DNA of 64,000 nt from Octopus sinensis (lineage: Eukaryota): positions 21,080,001 through 21,144,000 of the forward strand of contig NC_043001.1 of assembly GCF_006345805.1 (NCBI RefSeq). The letters are read 5' to 3'. The translations under genes and the position numbers were made by a program. This document shows, one piece after another, positions 62,776-64,000 of the stretch (its first letter is position 1; every line of letters starts with the position of its first letter). The notes under the pieces were generated by a model. That model had not been told where the DNA came from. It saw only the letters and a list, made by a program, of their open reading frames with translations, and searched no databases.

Positions 62776-64000
62776 CTGCAGAGAAAAATGTCTTTTAGCT
62801 TTTTTTTTATATGTAAAAAATAGTTTTAATAAATACAAATCAAAAAAATTACACATTTAAAAAAAAATCACAATTTCATAGCAGCTTTAAGTAGAAGATT
62901 TAAGCTCCCCCAATGTATAAAATGCAGTCAAAATGCTCCATTTTATAGTTTTCAGCCAGTTGTAATAAGCTCTTTCTCCTGTTAGGCTTAACAACTGAGT
63001 AAAAGAGTGTGGGCAACATGGTGAGTAGCAGGTTGTATGTTGGGTACAAATCTTCCAATCTATCATTAGTCATGTTGCTACAGAGTGCATCAGAGTAAAA
63101 CTTGGTTCCATGCTTTTTGATCTGAAAAACTTTCAAAGTACTGTACTCGTTTTGTATCTACCTTTACAAAAAATACTAAGGAAAGTAAACCAAGGAGTAA
63201 GCTCCTATGTGATCACTCAACCTGTTAGAAATAACAGCTAAGTCTATTTTAAATCAAAAACTGATACACTGGATAATGAAGTTCTACATACCCTCGAAAT
63301 GATGGAATGATCTTGACTGGGATGCCTCTGATCATAGGTGTGCTCAACTAGATTTGATCTGGACTTAAGCAACAGCAGCAGGAGGCGCAATGGCCCAGTG
63401 GTTAGGGAGCGGACTCGCGGTTTAAATTCACAGACTGGGCGTTGTGTGTGTTTATTGAGCAAAAACACCTAAAGCTCCACGAGGCTCCGGCAGGGGGTGG
63501 TGGCGACCCCTGTTGTACTCTTTCGCCCCAACTTTCTCTCACTCTTTCTTGTCCCTGACTTCCTACGCAACCACTGAGCCTGGATGCGCATTCATCCATC
63601 CATCGATGCTCTCAGCGTCGGGGGTTGACCTGCTTTCTCTTCCACGGGTCTTACGAATAGAAAAGGACCACGATTCGGACTTCTCCCACCGCGAGCTCTG
63701 GGACGAAGACTGCTTCAAGCACCACATTAAAGAAATTATGGCTTGAATACCAGTCAAATGATGAAGATTCAACACTGTTAGCAAAGGCCATTGTTTAATA
63801 TCAAGTCCTTATTGACATCATTCCTATTTCTAACTCATGTTTAATACAAAACCCAGAATAAACAGAACTGGTTTTATAAGAACACAGACACCAATGGTAT
63901 TAAGAAGAATCCGCCGAGGTCACCTTTGCCTTTCATCCTTTCGGGGCCGATAAATTAAGTACCAGTTACGCACTGGGGTCGATGTAATCGACTTAATCCG

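Noticed and set aside
63560-63730. GC-richer segment following a SINE D head
   Set aside because: Probably a retroelement UTR fragment; I cannot assign it from sequence alone

Overview
AT-rich, repeat-dense animal genomic DNA. The SINE families look like those I recall from Octopus (coleoid cephalopod) genomes; this is an inference. There are two protein-coding genes, both on the minus strand. One is the large first coding exon of a PSKH1-like Ser/Thr kinase (1349-2269). The other is 16 in-frame exons (27854-62775, 1799 nt including the stop) of the DEAD-box helicase DDX27/Drs1, whose 5' exons lie beyond the window. Nearly all other ORFs in the track are spurious repeat or microsatellite translations. 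The remainder is a mosaic of SINEs, decayed LINEs (RTE, CR1/L2-like, R4/Dong-like), mariner/Tc1, TTAA piggyBac-type, hAT and Helitron non-autonomous elements, and a solo LTR. The most unusual signal is a set of at least eight asymmetric fold-back (inverted-repeat) insertions from several unrelated sequence families. Several carry minimal hammerhead-ribozyme-like motifs, and their fold-back points lie at or next to that motif. One of them fuses a tRNA-derived Pol III head to a hammerhead (28829-29314). These look like non-autonomous Penelope-like or retrozyme elements. A candidate intronic H/ACA-like RNA lies at about 61845-61985.
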